A DNA stretch of 64,000 nucleotides from Marsupella aquatica (Eukaryota > Plantae > Marchantiophyta), in the NCBI GenBank assembly GCA_973895155.1, contig OZ316898.1, forward strand, positions 17,102,752 to 17,166,751, written 5' to 3'. How positions within the stretch are numbered: position 1 is the first letter of the stretch; each line of letters opens with the position of its first letter. The notes beneath the pieces were generated by a model. That model was not told the DNA's origin. It saw only the letters and a program-made list of their open reading frames with translations, and ran no database searches. The translations under genes and the position numbers were made by a program. Of this stretch, positions 51,121-61,835 are shown in pieces.

Positions 51121-52059
51121 AATAATTACTCTAAAGTTCAGTCCTGAGAGAAATTTTAGGAGAGCTAATGTCCAATAATCTAAGTATTTCAAATGAAAAC
51201 ATTTACTATTTAATATTGTTTTCGAAGTACAAATAAGAAATTTCTATGGCATTACACTATTACTAGTGTGTATTTTTCTTACTGGCTCTATGAAAGGAGA
51301 AGTGTGAAGGACTCCTCCCCTTTTCACATTTCTACACTCTAGAGTGAGACTGTGCTCCTTCAGAAAAGAAAGTATTACAAATGTGAAAATCTGATAGATC
51401 TAAGTTTTGTCATGTACAGTGGTACTTTTTGGTTTAGAAAAAAAATCTAAGTCATTACAAGATAAATTGATTTGATGCAGGAAATTGAGTTACTATGGTA
51501 TGTATTTTTAAAAGTATAAAATAAGAAACTGCTCTGTCATGACAACATAACTTGAAATGATATCTACTCCAAGATATTATACTTTGGATGATTAGCAAGA
51601 AAAACCTTTGCAGCAAAAACTATGTTCCCATGAACTGTAGACAGAAATCACATAATCTGGATGGACTAACTAGGACTACTGCCAATGACATTGTGAGAAA
51701 TATGCAGTCTATCTGAGTGAGCATTTTGACAAACAATAATTTCCAATAAACTATGATAGCAAAGTGTTAGAACAGTGTAGTTATGTTTACAAACCTAGAG
51801 ATCTATCGGTGCTTCATTTGTATTGCTTATAATCCAGAAGATATAGGACTCTTGGGCTAATTGGTTTTTCCCTGTTTTTCTCTTCACCTACTGTAGATTA
51901 TGGTTTTCCCCCGTTTTAGGATCGTGTCTTCCTGTAATGCACGTTTTGTTCCTGAACAATAATTTATATTAGTATCACATTTAGAATAACATTTAGTTTA
52001 CTCAGCGTTTAAACTATTATTTACCTGTAATATGAGTTTATTGATATCCAAAAGTAGGT

Positions 52060-53300
52060 GCATTTTGAGTTTTGGGCAGCAGTATGCGCAGCGTCGATGC
52101 CGCACATCGGCACATGGACATTAATTACGCTAGCGTCAGATTGGATCCTGAAAGCGGGATCCTGTGGCACAGAGCAGTGCATCGCGCCACATCCACAGGT
52201 GTCATATGCAGCAAATCCCTATTTGAAAAGCGGGAATAATATAAATACACTATACAAAAAGTAAAATACTTCGAGCGTATTTGTCTTACATACGCGAGGG
52301 GCGAATCTCGTCCCCCGCACTACAGTAGTTCTTTACATGTTTACAGTGACACCGTACCCCATGTGGACTGGAATCACGTCTGCGAGTCGAGTATTAATTA
52401 AGTGTAATGTCCTGCAATTACGGTCACTTTACTCTATATTCTATTGTAAACCCCTTTATCAGCAGAGCGCCAGACGGCCCGCCCTGTCAAGGGGGGCAGG
52501 TTGGGCGGGCAGGCCGGCATATTGTTGATTTGTTTACTAAAGCGAGGGAGGGGACGGGCAGAGAGATCCTTTTATACATATCATGCACATGCATGCATCA
52601 GAGTCATGCTTTGGCGACCCTTAGGGGTCAACTATCCTCCGTACGTATTCGGTCAAGTATCCCGCCTTAGTGGACTCGTCAGGGCAGTAGGGCAGGGCAG
52701 CAGGGCTGGGCTACAACTGGGCTGGGCAGAGGGCAGAGGCAGGGTCAGGGAGCAAGGAAAGGTAGGGGCAGGGGCGCCGGGGCGGGGAGAGAGAATACGA
52801 GAAGAGTCTACCCTGCGAAACTTTTTGGGGTTCGTAGCCCGGTTTCCACTTTATGAGGAAGTACCCTCTTGTACAGGAGTACGCTCTCTACAAGAACAAA
52901 CTAATGAAAGCGAGCTGGGGACCACTGGACTGTTGCTTCTGCCGCTGTACCTTACGCAGTTGCTACCATTCCCCGTCCGCCCGTCTCCGCTACGTAAACC
53001 CAACAACCAACCCGAGTTACTTCGCCCTCACTCCCGTCCGTCCGTCCGTCCGTCCGTCCGACCGTCCGTCGTCCTTCCGGCCGTTTTCTACTCCCGGTAA
53101 CTAACTGCCCGTTCAGTTACCGTCATGGACTGAGATCGATCTGGGCCGTTCAAACTGGACCTCGTTGACCGAGATGAAAATAGTCCAATTGCGCAGTACC
53201 GGTCTTTTTTTTCCTTTTCCGGTGGATAGCCGGCGCCAGCGTGGAACCACCGAAATCAGCATTAATCCAAACGGTAAGCGTTTTAATATTAATATTAATA
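52060..53300. promoter_or_regulatory. GC/CpG-rich non-coding island 5 with (CCGT)n and GGGCA repeats
   Basis: CpG-rich. (CCGT)n at about 53034-53068, repeated AGGGC at about 52680-52775, TAATTA and GTAC motifs. The overlapping 199-aa ORF is low-complexity. Confidence 0.45.
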
Positions 53301-53960
53301 CAAACATTGTCGTCTCCAAACAGGATAATCACATTTGCGACTACAACAATAGGGTCTCCGTTTTGTTTGTGACGAGAGTGGACATGTCTTGGAGGGGTGA
53401 GGACGAGAATCTGTGGCATTTAAGGGGTCTTTCGCTGGTGTTTTTAAAGGGGGGCTGGTTGCAATGAATTCAATGGGTATCTCAAAAGTGTGTCTCCTAG
53501 TTTATGAAAATGGAATCTTTACCACGAGTGTTAATGATCGGATGCCTAGAAATCCAGAATGATGAAGAGATTTGCTGCACTTCTGTTTGGCTTGGGGGCT
53601 TGGCACCATGGCTCCCATAAATTTCCAGGGTGGATTAGTTGGGGAGTGTGCTTGGAAAGTAATTAAAACCCTCGTGTCAGCCCATCCCTCGATGCGCTGT
53701 TGGCGTAGAGTTTACACATAGTTTGTGGACGTACAATGGAGGGATTGTGCTTCTATGTCACTATGTCAGTTTTGATGTGGTTGAATATACAAAGTCCAAT
53801 TGTCTATCAAAATACTTGTCACCTCCAATATTTTTGGTCCTTGTTCCTTCATCTGCTTTCGGTTGGGACCTTTGGCTTGTTTTTCTTGAGGTTCTCATAT
53901 TCGATTTGATATTGACCATGGTCGTTAAAGCCAGTACCAAGCGTTTGATATCTACACCTC

Positions 53961-55474
53961 CGAGCGTTTGATGTCTCCATTCGTGAGACTTTGGTCTCTC
54001 TTTTAGGGCCAGGTACTTTACTCTCATCTCCGTGGCTTCATCGACAGCTCAGTCTTCCTATTTCTCACGGTGGTTTTGGGCTTACTTCCACTGAGCGCCT
54101 TGCACCTTTGGCCTTCTTGGGCGCGTGGGCGACCGCCTTCTCATTGTTGGCAGATCGTTTTCTTACTGAGGATTGACCTTTTTTAATTTCGTCTCTCATG
54201 GAGGTCGAGGAGGGTTCCCTCCCATTTCAGGTTCATTTGCGCACGGCGCGGTCATCATTACCCGATCCTGTTCGAGCTGCGTTACCTTCATTCCAGGAGT
54301 TTTTATCCTTGGACCCCGTCCGTCTTCAGGCAGACCTTGCTGGGCGTATGCACGCTTTCACCCTTTCTAGCATCCTCACCGAGGCACCTGACACGGACCG
54401 AGCTTGGATTCTTTCTTCCGGAGGGAAGGGCGCAGGAGGCTGGCTTCAGGCCAATCCAGTCATTCCTCACCTGCGGCTGTCTTCAGCGGAGTTTGCGATA
54501 GCCATGCGTCTTCGTATGGGCTTGCCCCACCCACTTCTTGCTGGTTTACCTCCTACTTGCACTTGTGGGAAGCCTTGTGATGCCACAGGTGTCCATCTTC
54601 TTCGATGCAGTTTGGGCGGCGAAACCACTTTTGTTCACGACGCTGTGAGAGATGCGACTGCTCAGGTTCTCTCTGGCTCTTTGGTCTGCGCGCGGCGGGA
54701 GGTGGTGCTCGAGTTACCTGGTCCTCCATCACAGCGGTTACGGGTGGATCTTACCATGGTCCGTGAAGGTCACCGTACTTTGGCAGATGTAGTGGTGGCA
54801 AACCCATTGCGCCAAGACATCATTGGGACATCGGCAACAACGGCAGGGGCAGCAACATCACGAGCAACAACAACGAAGGAGGCCAAATATGCTGCACGAG
54901 TTTCATCTGATAGCTTCCTGCCCCTTGCTCTTGAGATATTTGGGCGTCTCCATCATCAGTTCGACGGGCTTCTTCGCCAAGCTGCTCGGGATGTTCACGG
55001 CCGGATGGGTCCCACCGGGCCCCCGCTATCTGTTTTGACCACGCACTTTCGCCAACGCATTTCAGTCACCTTACAGCGTGCTCAAGCTCGGGCCGTCTAT
55101 CGTCGATCTCTGACAGTGGGTGCTAGTGTGACTCCGCAGCAGCTAGCCCCCCTAGAGGACATTCCTGTCCCACTTGCCGATCTAGTTTCGACACTTGATG
55201 TAGACCACTAGCTTGTTGCCACATTTGCTAGGTATGATGAGGAACTCGGTCCATTTGCGGTAGTTTTCGTTCCTCTTTCTTGGTTTTTGGGGGTTTTCTT
55301 TTGCTCACTTCTTTTAGTTTCTCTTTTTTGGTTTTTAGGGTTTTCTTTTGCTCACTTCTTTTGCGTTTGGTTTTGTCCACTTGGGACCTCTCTTGTTTAT
55401 TCTTTTGTACTCTATTTGGCCTATTTCTGTAAAAAGTATGTGTATATTTGGTAAAAATAAATAAATAAAAAAAA
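53961..55474 (+). mobile_element. 5'-truncated RLE-type (CRE-like) non-LTR retrotransposon with a single nonsense mutation
   Basis: One frame 53961-55211, broken only by TGA at 54174-54176. Post-RT motifs QLSLPISHGGFGL and GAGGWL, zinc knuckle CTC...HLLRC, HDAVRD, and endonuclease motifs RVDL...LADVVV...KEAKY...FLPLALEIFG. T-rich 3'UTR with an internal duplication of about 35 bp and an A-rich tail (aaaaataaataaataaaaaaaa) ending at 55474. Confidence 0.88.
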
Positions 55475-55732
55475 TGTGAAATTCTGTCAAAAAGACAGCA
55501 ACGTTCAATGAGAATTTATTGTTTTGTGCGAACCTGATCCTCCTTGCAGTTTACAAAGGACCAGGCTTGTGTTTATCAGTTTGTTAGGGCCCTCACTCGA
55601 GAAAGGGTACATAACTTTTGGGACACACAAGTACACCCTTTAGCTTTCTCTTTCTTTTCCCCTCTTGTCCCTCTCTCTTCCTCCTGCCCCCTTGATAGAA
55701 ATGTACGTCCAATCCCTTGATACTCATGACTC

Positions 55733-56020
55733 TGGTCTCAGTCGACAAAAGGAGAATGCATTTAATCACAGGGCCTCATCGTTTCTCTCTCTAAGTCTAT
55801 GATTCTATGAAATTACTAACAAATCGCCAACCAGTGACACAATCTCAAGCCATCTCCTACATGCTTTACATGGGGGACCCAGGTCTCAGTGGACACAAGG
55901 AAGATGCATTTAATCACAAGGCCTCATCGTTTCTCTCTCTAACTCTATGAAATTACTAACGAATCGCCAACCAGTGACACAATCTCAAGCCATCTCCTAC
56001 ACGCTTTAAATGGGGGACCC
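55733..56020. repeat. Tandem duplication of about 145 bp
   Basis: ggtctcagt...atgcatttaatcaca...gccaaccagtgacacaatctcaagccatctcctac...tgggggaccc occurs twice. Confidence 0.92.
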
Positions 56021-56599
56021 ATTATTAGATTAGCCAGGAACCAAACATAGCCATAAAGAATTGGATTTGCTCTGAATGTGCTCCTAGCTTGCAAAAGTCC
56101 AGACGCATAGAGTCATCAATCCCAATTTGTTTATTGATTATTTACATGATAGAGTGAGGCTGCATGATAGAGTGAGGCTGACTTCAATTCACCCGCAATC
56201 CAAACAAGTGAGTGTTTTTTTCTCTCTCTCCACTGGAGGCATTCAATTGCAGTGCAAGGAAATGATTACTCGGTGACGAATGGTCGTATCGCTTTTTGAA
56301 TCCTTATAATATGTCATACATATCTCTGGTCTGACCTGAGAGAGAGAAAAAGAAAGAAAGAAAGACAGAAGTCTGGTCAATTTGGGCATTTGCCTCTAGC
56401 CGGAGCTCTGGACGAATTTTCCGTCCATTCGCTTTGCCTCCATTCCACATTTGTTTCAGTGTGGTCAGGGTCCTCTCGTACTCCGTCCATACGTTAGTCC
56501 GTTCAATTCTGCGAGCGGATTGCGAGATTCTGTTGCGATTTTGAAAAGCGGGGAGTGTGACATGGACTATGGCGATTGAGGTGGACTGACGACTGCAGT

Positions 56600-56631
<32 letters not shown>

Positions 56632-56642
56632 CAAGCAAGCAG
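56600..56642. repeat. (AGGC)n microsatellite
   Basis: About 8 AGGC units followed by AAGC variants. Confidence 0.9.
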
Positions 56643-56899
56643 ATTAGCAGAGCGAATGAATTGATAATTCGACACTAGTAGAGTGGTGGGAACTGGGAAG
56701 AGGAGGAGAAAGGAAAGGGAGGGGGAAAGGAAGAGGAGGAGGATTGGTGAAATGTGGGCGTCATAAATAAGGGTGGAGAAGAAGGCATCTTTTCAAAATC
56801 TAGGCCTGTCTGTGGGTCTTTGAATGTGTGTCTGCTTGTCTATCCGTCCATCGAGCCATTCATTGATTCATTCATTCGTTCGTTGTTCTGTCATTCATT

Positions 56900-59570
56900 A
56901 TTCATTCCACCAGGCCAGTGCAAGTGCAATCAGAAGAAGAAGAAGACGAAGAAAGAAAGAGTCAAGTCAAGACCGGTCATCTCTCCTGCCAAAGCAGACA
57001 CAACACAGAGACAGACAGACAGATACAGACAGACAGAAAGGAAGAAAGAAAGTAGAGTAGAGAGGGGAGGAGCAGACGCGGAAAGAAGAGGAGCAAACAG
57101 GTTTTATTCGCTTTTTAGATGGAGTTCTCGTCGTCTCTCTCTCCTCTCTCTATTTCGCTTCCCGCATCCCATTGATTGCCGGATCGATTGTTCGCTTCGT
57201 TAGTTCATTCATTCGTTCCAAGCTTCAAAAAAGGGATCTTGGTCGCTCGTCCCTGCTGCTGAAGTCACTCGCCCTCCAAGACAGTAGTAGGGAGAGAATA
57301 ATGTACGTGGGAAGTGGGAAGACGAGGGAAAGGCATTGCGAACTGCGCAAGCAACAGCAGCGATAGAAGCTAGAAAAAGGACCGACTTTCAACGCTAGTC
57401 TTCCTACGACCCTCGCCAGCCAGCAAGCCAGCCCACCCCGCCCCACCCCACCGCAGCCAGACTGCCAACCAACCGAGCCAAGCCAAGCCAGCCAGCGAAG
57501 CAGGGAGCCGTGAAGTTGTCGACTCTCTGTCTGGGTTGTTTGTTTTTCCTGATGTGGGCGGAGTAAGTAGTAGACAGGCAAGGCAAGGCAAGGTAAGAAG
57601 AGAGCACACGGGACAACACAGCAGCTTCGCAGTGTGGTGTGGTGTGGTGTAGTGTGCTTGTGTGCGTGTGTGTATGGATGGTACTGCTGCCGCAGCGATT
57701 GGTGTCGTTGAAGGGAGGAGCGCAGGGCATGAGGGCACAGGGGAAGCTGCCATTACTGAATCGCAAGGACGGAGAGACCGACCTTCACCCTTCTTGCATC
57801 TTCACTCATATTCCTTCGTCTCGTCCTCTCCCATCCATCCCTCTTCCTGTCGTCCCCCATTTGGGTTGGATGCGAAGGGAAGAGAAGCGAAGAGAAGGGA
57901 AGGAGGAAGCACCGGAGGAGTGACAGGTAGATAGATAGGATCGCAGGCAGGGAAGGCAGGAGCAACCAGGCAAAGCAAAGCAAGGCAAGGCAAGGCAAGG
58001 CAGGCAAGTCGTGTTGGTTATATCTGGTTAGTATCAAGGGTCCTTTTCCAGGACAGACAGACTGCCGGAAGAAGAGGAGGAGGAGGAGTAGGAGGGAGAT
58101 TTGCGGGAAAGAATATATATATATTTTTCTTGTCTGGATGAGGAGGTGAGAGGCCAGCCAGGCCAAGGAAGGGTGACCAGCAGGCAGCAGGGCGATAGTG
58201 AGAGGAGGGAAGCGAGAGGGAGGGGAGAGAAAAGAACGAGTGTCAGTCGGTTGCTGTTGGTTGGATTGGTCGGAGAAAGCGAAGTGGGGGGTTTTGGGTT
58301 GCTGTAGCGGTCCTTGGATTGTGGAGGGGAGAGAAGATTGGGCCGGTGGAGCGATCTTGGGCCGGTAATTGCTGGAATTTCTTCTGGTTTGAGGCAGTTG
58401 AGACGCCAAGGAAGCGCGCTGAAGTGGAGAAGGGGGTTGGGAGAAGGGGGAAAGAGTTGAGAGGGCGAGGGAAGGGAAGGAGATTGGAGACCATGGCTGG
58501 AGTCGGATGCGCGAATGGGGGAGGATTCGTGCGGGTGGAGAAGCAGTCCGGGATTTGTGTGGGGTCAATCTTATTGCACCATCTGTCCCGCTGTTCGTTC
58601 TTCTTCTTGTAGATTTTGTGTCTTGTTCGTCCATTTCCGTAGGGGTTTTAGTGGAGAGGGGAAGAGCATTCACATTTCATGTCAAGAGAATCGGATGCCG
58701 GTGCAATTGTGAAGAAGGGAACGTCTCCGAGTCATTGGAGACATCAACAGCGCGGTGGAGATATATCATCATACCTCGTGCGATCGACCATCTCGGAACA
58801 CTGTAGTTTGTTGTTCTTGGAGCGGTTCGCTTCTTTGCTCATGGCTGGGGAACAAGGGTAGTTGGTGCCAGTGGTCACACTGGTTTTTATTTCCTTTCGT
58901 TTTTCCCTATGCTCAACCGGGAACCTCATCATAATCGTCTTCATGATGATGAGCCCGACCGGGAAATGGAAGAAGAGAAGATCATCGTTCTCGTGTTCAG
59001 CCGGAGAAACTGTAGTACCACGTTTCCATCGAGAGCATCTTCATGAATCAAATGTACACCGGAAGGGTTGTGGTCTATAACCCTGGCTTAGGTCCAGGGT
59101 CTTTCTTTGATTCTCTGCTGATTTTTTTTCGTTTCTGGTTTTTGCATTGGTCCTTCCGTTCCACTTTGTTTTCTCCTCCACCTTAAATTTAGACTTCTCG
59201 AGGACGCACACGCACGCACTTACGCACGCTTGCTTTCACGGTTCCCCAGGTGGTTCAGGTGGTTCCCTGAGTGTGCAAGTGCGGCTGGTCCATTCCCTAC
59301 CTCCAAAGTCCCTACCATTCCCCCGTCCAGACCCTGCACAATTAGATGCATCTAGGAGTCTAGTCTCGACCGTCTGAGCCAAGCCAAAGCCGTCAAGTGG
59401 TCCTCGTGTGCTTGTAGTAGACAAGACAGTCACCGGAGCAGCACCTGATTGTCGTGGACTTGGAGACTTTCTCTCTTCCAATTCTTGGGGGAGATAGCAG
59501 CAGAATGGGCCGCATGAACCATAGAATAATAAGAAGGTGCGGGAGTAGCAGCCGTTGAGGCGGCATATCC
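56900..59570 (+). promoter_or_regulatory. Long 5' leader of the hAT-derived gene, with a candidate 5'UTR intron and uORFs
   Basis: GA/CT-rich tract at 56930-57165. Donors GGA|GTAAGT (57563) and AAG|GTAAGA (57593). Polypyrimidine tract 59100-59190 with acceptors at 59192 or 59249. uORFs at 57119-57175, 57301-57366 and 59505-59558. Confidence 0.5.
59505..59558 (+). other. uORF MGRMNHRIIRRCGSSSR*, in frame with the main ORF
   Basis: ATG at 59505 (second in-frame ATG at 59514) and TGA at 59556-59558, 12 nt before the main ATG. Confidence 0.6.
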
Positions 59571-61835
59571 ATGGCAGCCATAGCCCCAGGTCCTCTGCGC
59601 GATGAAGATCTGTCGGCGAAGGCGCTGCAGAAGCGCTATGACAATTTGGTCACGGTTCGCAGCAAGGCCGTGAAGGGCAAGGGCGCGTGGTACTGGGCCC
59701 AATTGGAGCCCATTTTGGTTCAGAATCCCGACTCGGGGATGCCTAAAGCCGTCAAGCTACGATGCAGCCTCTGCAATGCTATGTTTTCTGCGTCGAATCC
59801 CTCTCGAACTGCCTCCGAGCACTTGAAGCGTGGGACATGTCCTAATTTCAACGGGATCATTCCCAAGCCAATTTCCAGCGTCTCCCCCACTGATAAGCCC
59901 ATTTCCTCCACCGTAACGTCTTCTGCTCGAAAGAGAAGCGCTCCTCCGCTCTCTCCCCCGGTTCTCGCCATCGAGGCTGCTCCCCCTCGCACTAACAGTG
60001 GTGAGATGGGCAGCAGGGCGAGTGGAGCCACTGTAATAGGAGGAGCGGGGGTTGGAGTCGGCCCGCTGCATCTCTCTGGAGGGAAAGAGGATCTCGGCGC
60101 TTTAGCTTTGCTGGAGGATAGCGTGAAGAAGCTGAAAAGCCCGAGCATCAAGGCCCCCACGGGCACCGGGCCGACCAAAGCTCAGACCGAGGCAGCTCTC
60201 AATACTCTCGCCGAATGGCTCTACGAGTCCTGCGGCACCGTCTCCTTCTCTTGCGTGGAGCATCCCAAATTTAAGGCATTCTTGAGCCAGGTAGGCCTTC
60301 CACCCGTGAGCAGACGTTACATTATAGGCCAGAAGCTGGACATGAAATTCGAGGAGGTCAAGGCTGAATCGGAGGCCAAGCTCCGCGATGCCATGTTCTT
60401 TCAGCTGGCGTCGGATGGCTGGAAAAAGAAGACGACGAATATGGGTGAGACTTTGATAAATATTACGTTGAATCTGCCGAACGGAGGCAGCCTGTTCCGC
60501 AGCGTTGTGAATGTCAATGCAGGCACGGTGTGTGTGAAGCTCGTGGAAGAAACGCTGTGGGAAGCCATAATGGGAATTTGTGGTCAGAATCTTGAGCGCT
60601 GCGTAGGTATAGTGGCCGACACGGATAAATACAGCGCGAAAGCGCTTCAGGAATTGGAATACAAAAACCGGTGGATGATCAATCTTTCGTGCCAGGCTCA
60701 GGGTTTTAACAATCTGCTCAAGGATTTCAACAAACACCTCTCTCTTTTCAGATCGGTGGCCGCCGAGTGTATGAAGCTCGCGAATTTCTTCAACAACAAG
60801 CCGCAGGCCCGGACGTTTCTTCAGAAATACCAGCGTCAAGAGTACGATGGAGTGAAGTTGCTCAGAACTCCGCCCGACCCCCAGTTTGCGGATCCCCACT
60901 ACGCCTACGTGCTCGTAATGCTGGATGACATTGCGCAGTCCGCCAGAGCTCTGCAGCTGACCGTGCTCGATGATTCTTTCAAAACGGTTTTTAATGAAGA
61001 TCAGGCGGGAAGGGATGTGGGAGACATGGTCGGGGGCATGAGATTCTGGTCAGACCTAGAGGCCGTTCTTGATCTGGTGAAAATAGTGAAGGTGATGGTG
61101 CAAGACATAGAGGTTGACCGGCCGTTAGTTAGCCAATGTTTGCCTCTCTGGGATGAGCTGCGAAACAAGGTGAAGGACTGGTGCAGCAGATATGACAAGG
61201 CCGAGGTGCCGCTGCACGATGTAATTGAGAAGCGGTTCCACAAGAATTACCACCCGGCCTGGTCTGCAGCGTTCATTTTGGACCCCCTTTATCTCCTGAG
61301 GGACACGAGTGGCAAGTACTTGCCTCCATTCAAGTGTTTGAGTGGGGAGCAGGAGAAGGACGTCGATAGGTTGATCACCAGACTGGTAGCGAGGGATGAG
61401 GCCCACATTGCGCTGATGGAGTTGATGAAATGGCGAGCGGAAGGTCTCGACCCTCTTTACGCTCAGGCTGTGCAAGTGAAGGAGAGGGATGCATCGACGG
61501 GGAGGATGAAGTCGGTGAACCCACAGAGCAGGAGGCTGGTCTGGGAGACTTGTCTGAGTGAGTTCAAACTGCTGGGGAAAGTGGCCATCCGCCTTATCTT
61601 CTTGCATGCGACCTCTTGCGGGTTGAAGTGCAATTGGTCGCTGTGGAGGTGGGCTTACAGGAACGGCAACTCGAGAATGGCTATAGAGAAAGCGGAGAAA
61701 ATGATCTTCATTGCGTCTCACGCCAAGCTGGAGCGTCGGGATTTTGTGAACGAGGAGGAGAAGGATGCTGAGCTTTTCATGAATGGAGAAGAAGACCGCA
61801 TTCCCGACGAGGTCTTCCTTAGTGCTACTTTGTAA
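59571..61835 (+). CDS. Domesticated hAT-transposase-derived protein (BED-like zinc finger plus DUF659/RNase H-like region; AT1G12380/AT1G62870-like), 754 aa
   Basis: Intact intronless ORF. KGKGAWYW...CSLC...NPSRTASEHLKRGTC (BED-like), LHLSGGKEDLGALA, FFQLASDGW, HPAWSAAFILDP and a C-terminal hAT-dimerisation-like LGKVAIRLIFLHATSCGLKCNWS. No TIRs or TSD nearby. Confidence 0.9.
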   Translation: MAAIAPGPLRDEDLSAKALQKRYDNLVTVRSKAVKGKGAWYWAQLEPILVQNPDSGMPKAVKLRCSLCNAMFSASNPSRTASEHLKRGTCPNFNGIIPKPISSVSPTDKPISSTVTSSARKRSAPPLSPPVLAIEAAPPRTNSGEMGSRASGATVIGGAGVGVGPLHLSGGKEDLGALALLEDSVKKLKSPSIKAPTGTGPTKAQTEAALNTLAEWLYESCGTVSFSCVEHPKFKAFLSQVGLPPVSRRYIIGQKLDMKFEEVKAESEAKLRDAMFFQLASDGWKKKTTNMGETLINITLNLPNGGSLFRSVVNVNAGTVCVKLVEETLWEAIMGICGQNLERCVGIVADTDKYSAKALQELEYKNRWMINLSCQAQGFNNLLKDFNKHLSLFRSVAAECMKLANFFNNKPQARTFLQKYQRQEYDGVKLLRTPPDPQFADPHYAYVLVMLDDIAQSARALQLTVLDDSFKTVFNEDQAGRDVGDMVGGMRFWSDLEAVLDLVKIVKVMVQDIEVDRPLVSQCLPLWDELRNKVKDWCSRYDKAEVPLHDVIEKRFHKNYHPAWSAAFILDPLYLLRDTSGKYLPPFKCLSGEQEKDVDRLITRLVARDEAHIALMELMKWRAEGLDPLYAQAVQVKERDASTGRMKSVNPQSRRLVWETCLSEFKLLGKVAIRLIFLHATSCGLKCNWSLWRWAYRNGNSRMAIEKAEKMIFIASHAKLERRDFVNEEEKDAELFMNGEEDRIPDEVFLSATL

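Noticed and set aside
52501-53100. 199-aa ORF
   Set aside because: Translates microsatellite and GC-rich low-complexity sequence and has a non-ATG start.
55556-55572. miR166-like fragment ggaccaggctt
   Set aside because: Only 11 nt match and no hairpin.
57753-58673. 306-aa minus-strand ORF
   Set aside because: P/S/L-rich translation of the GA-rich leader or intron of the hAT-derived gene, with no domain.
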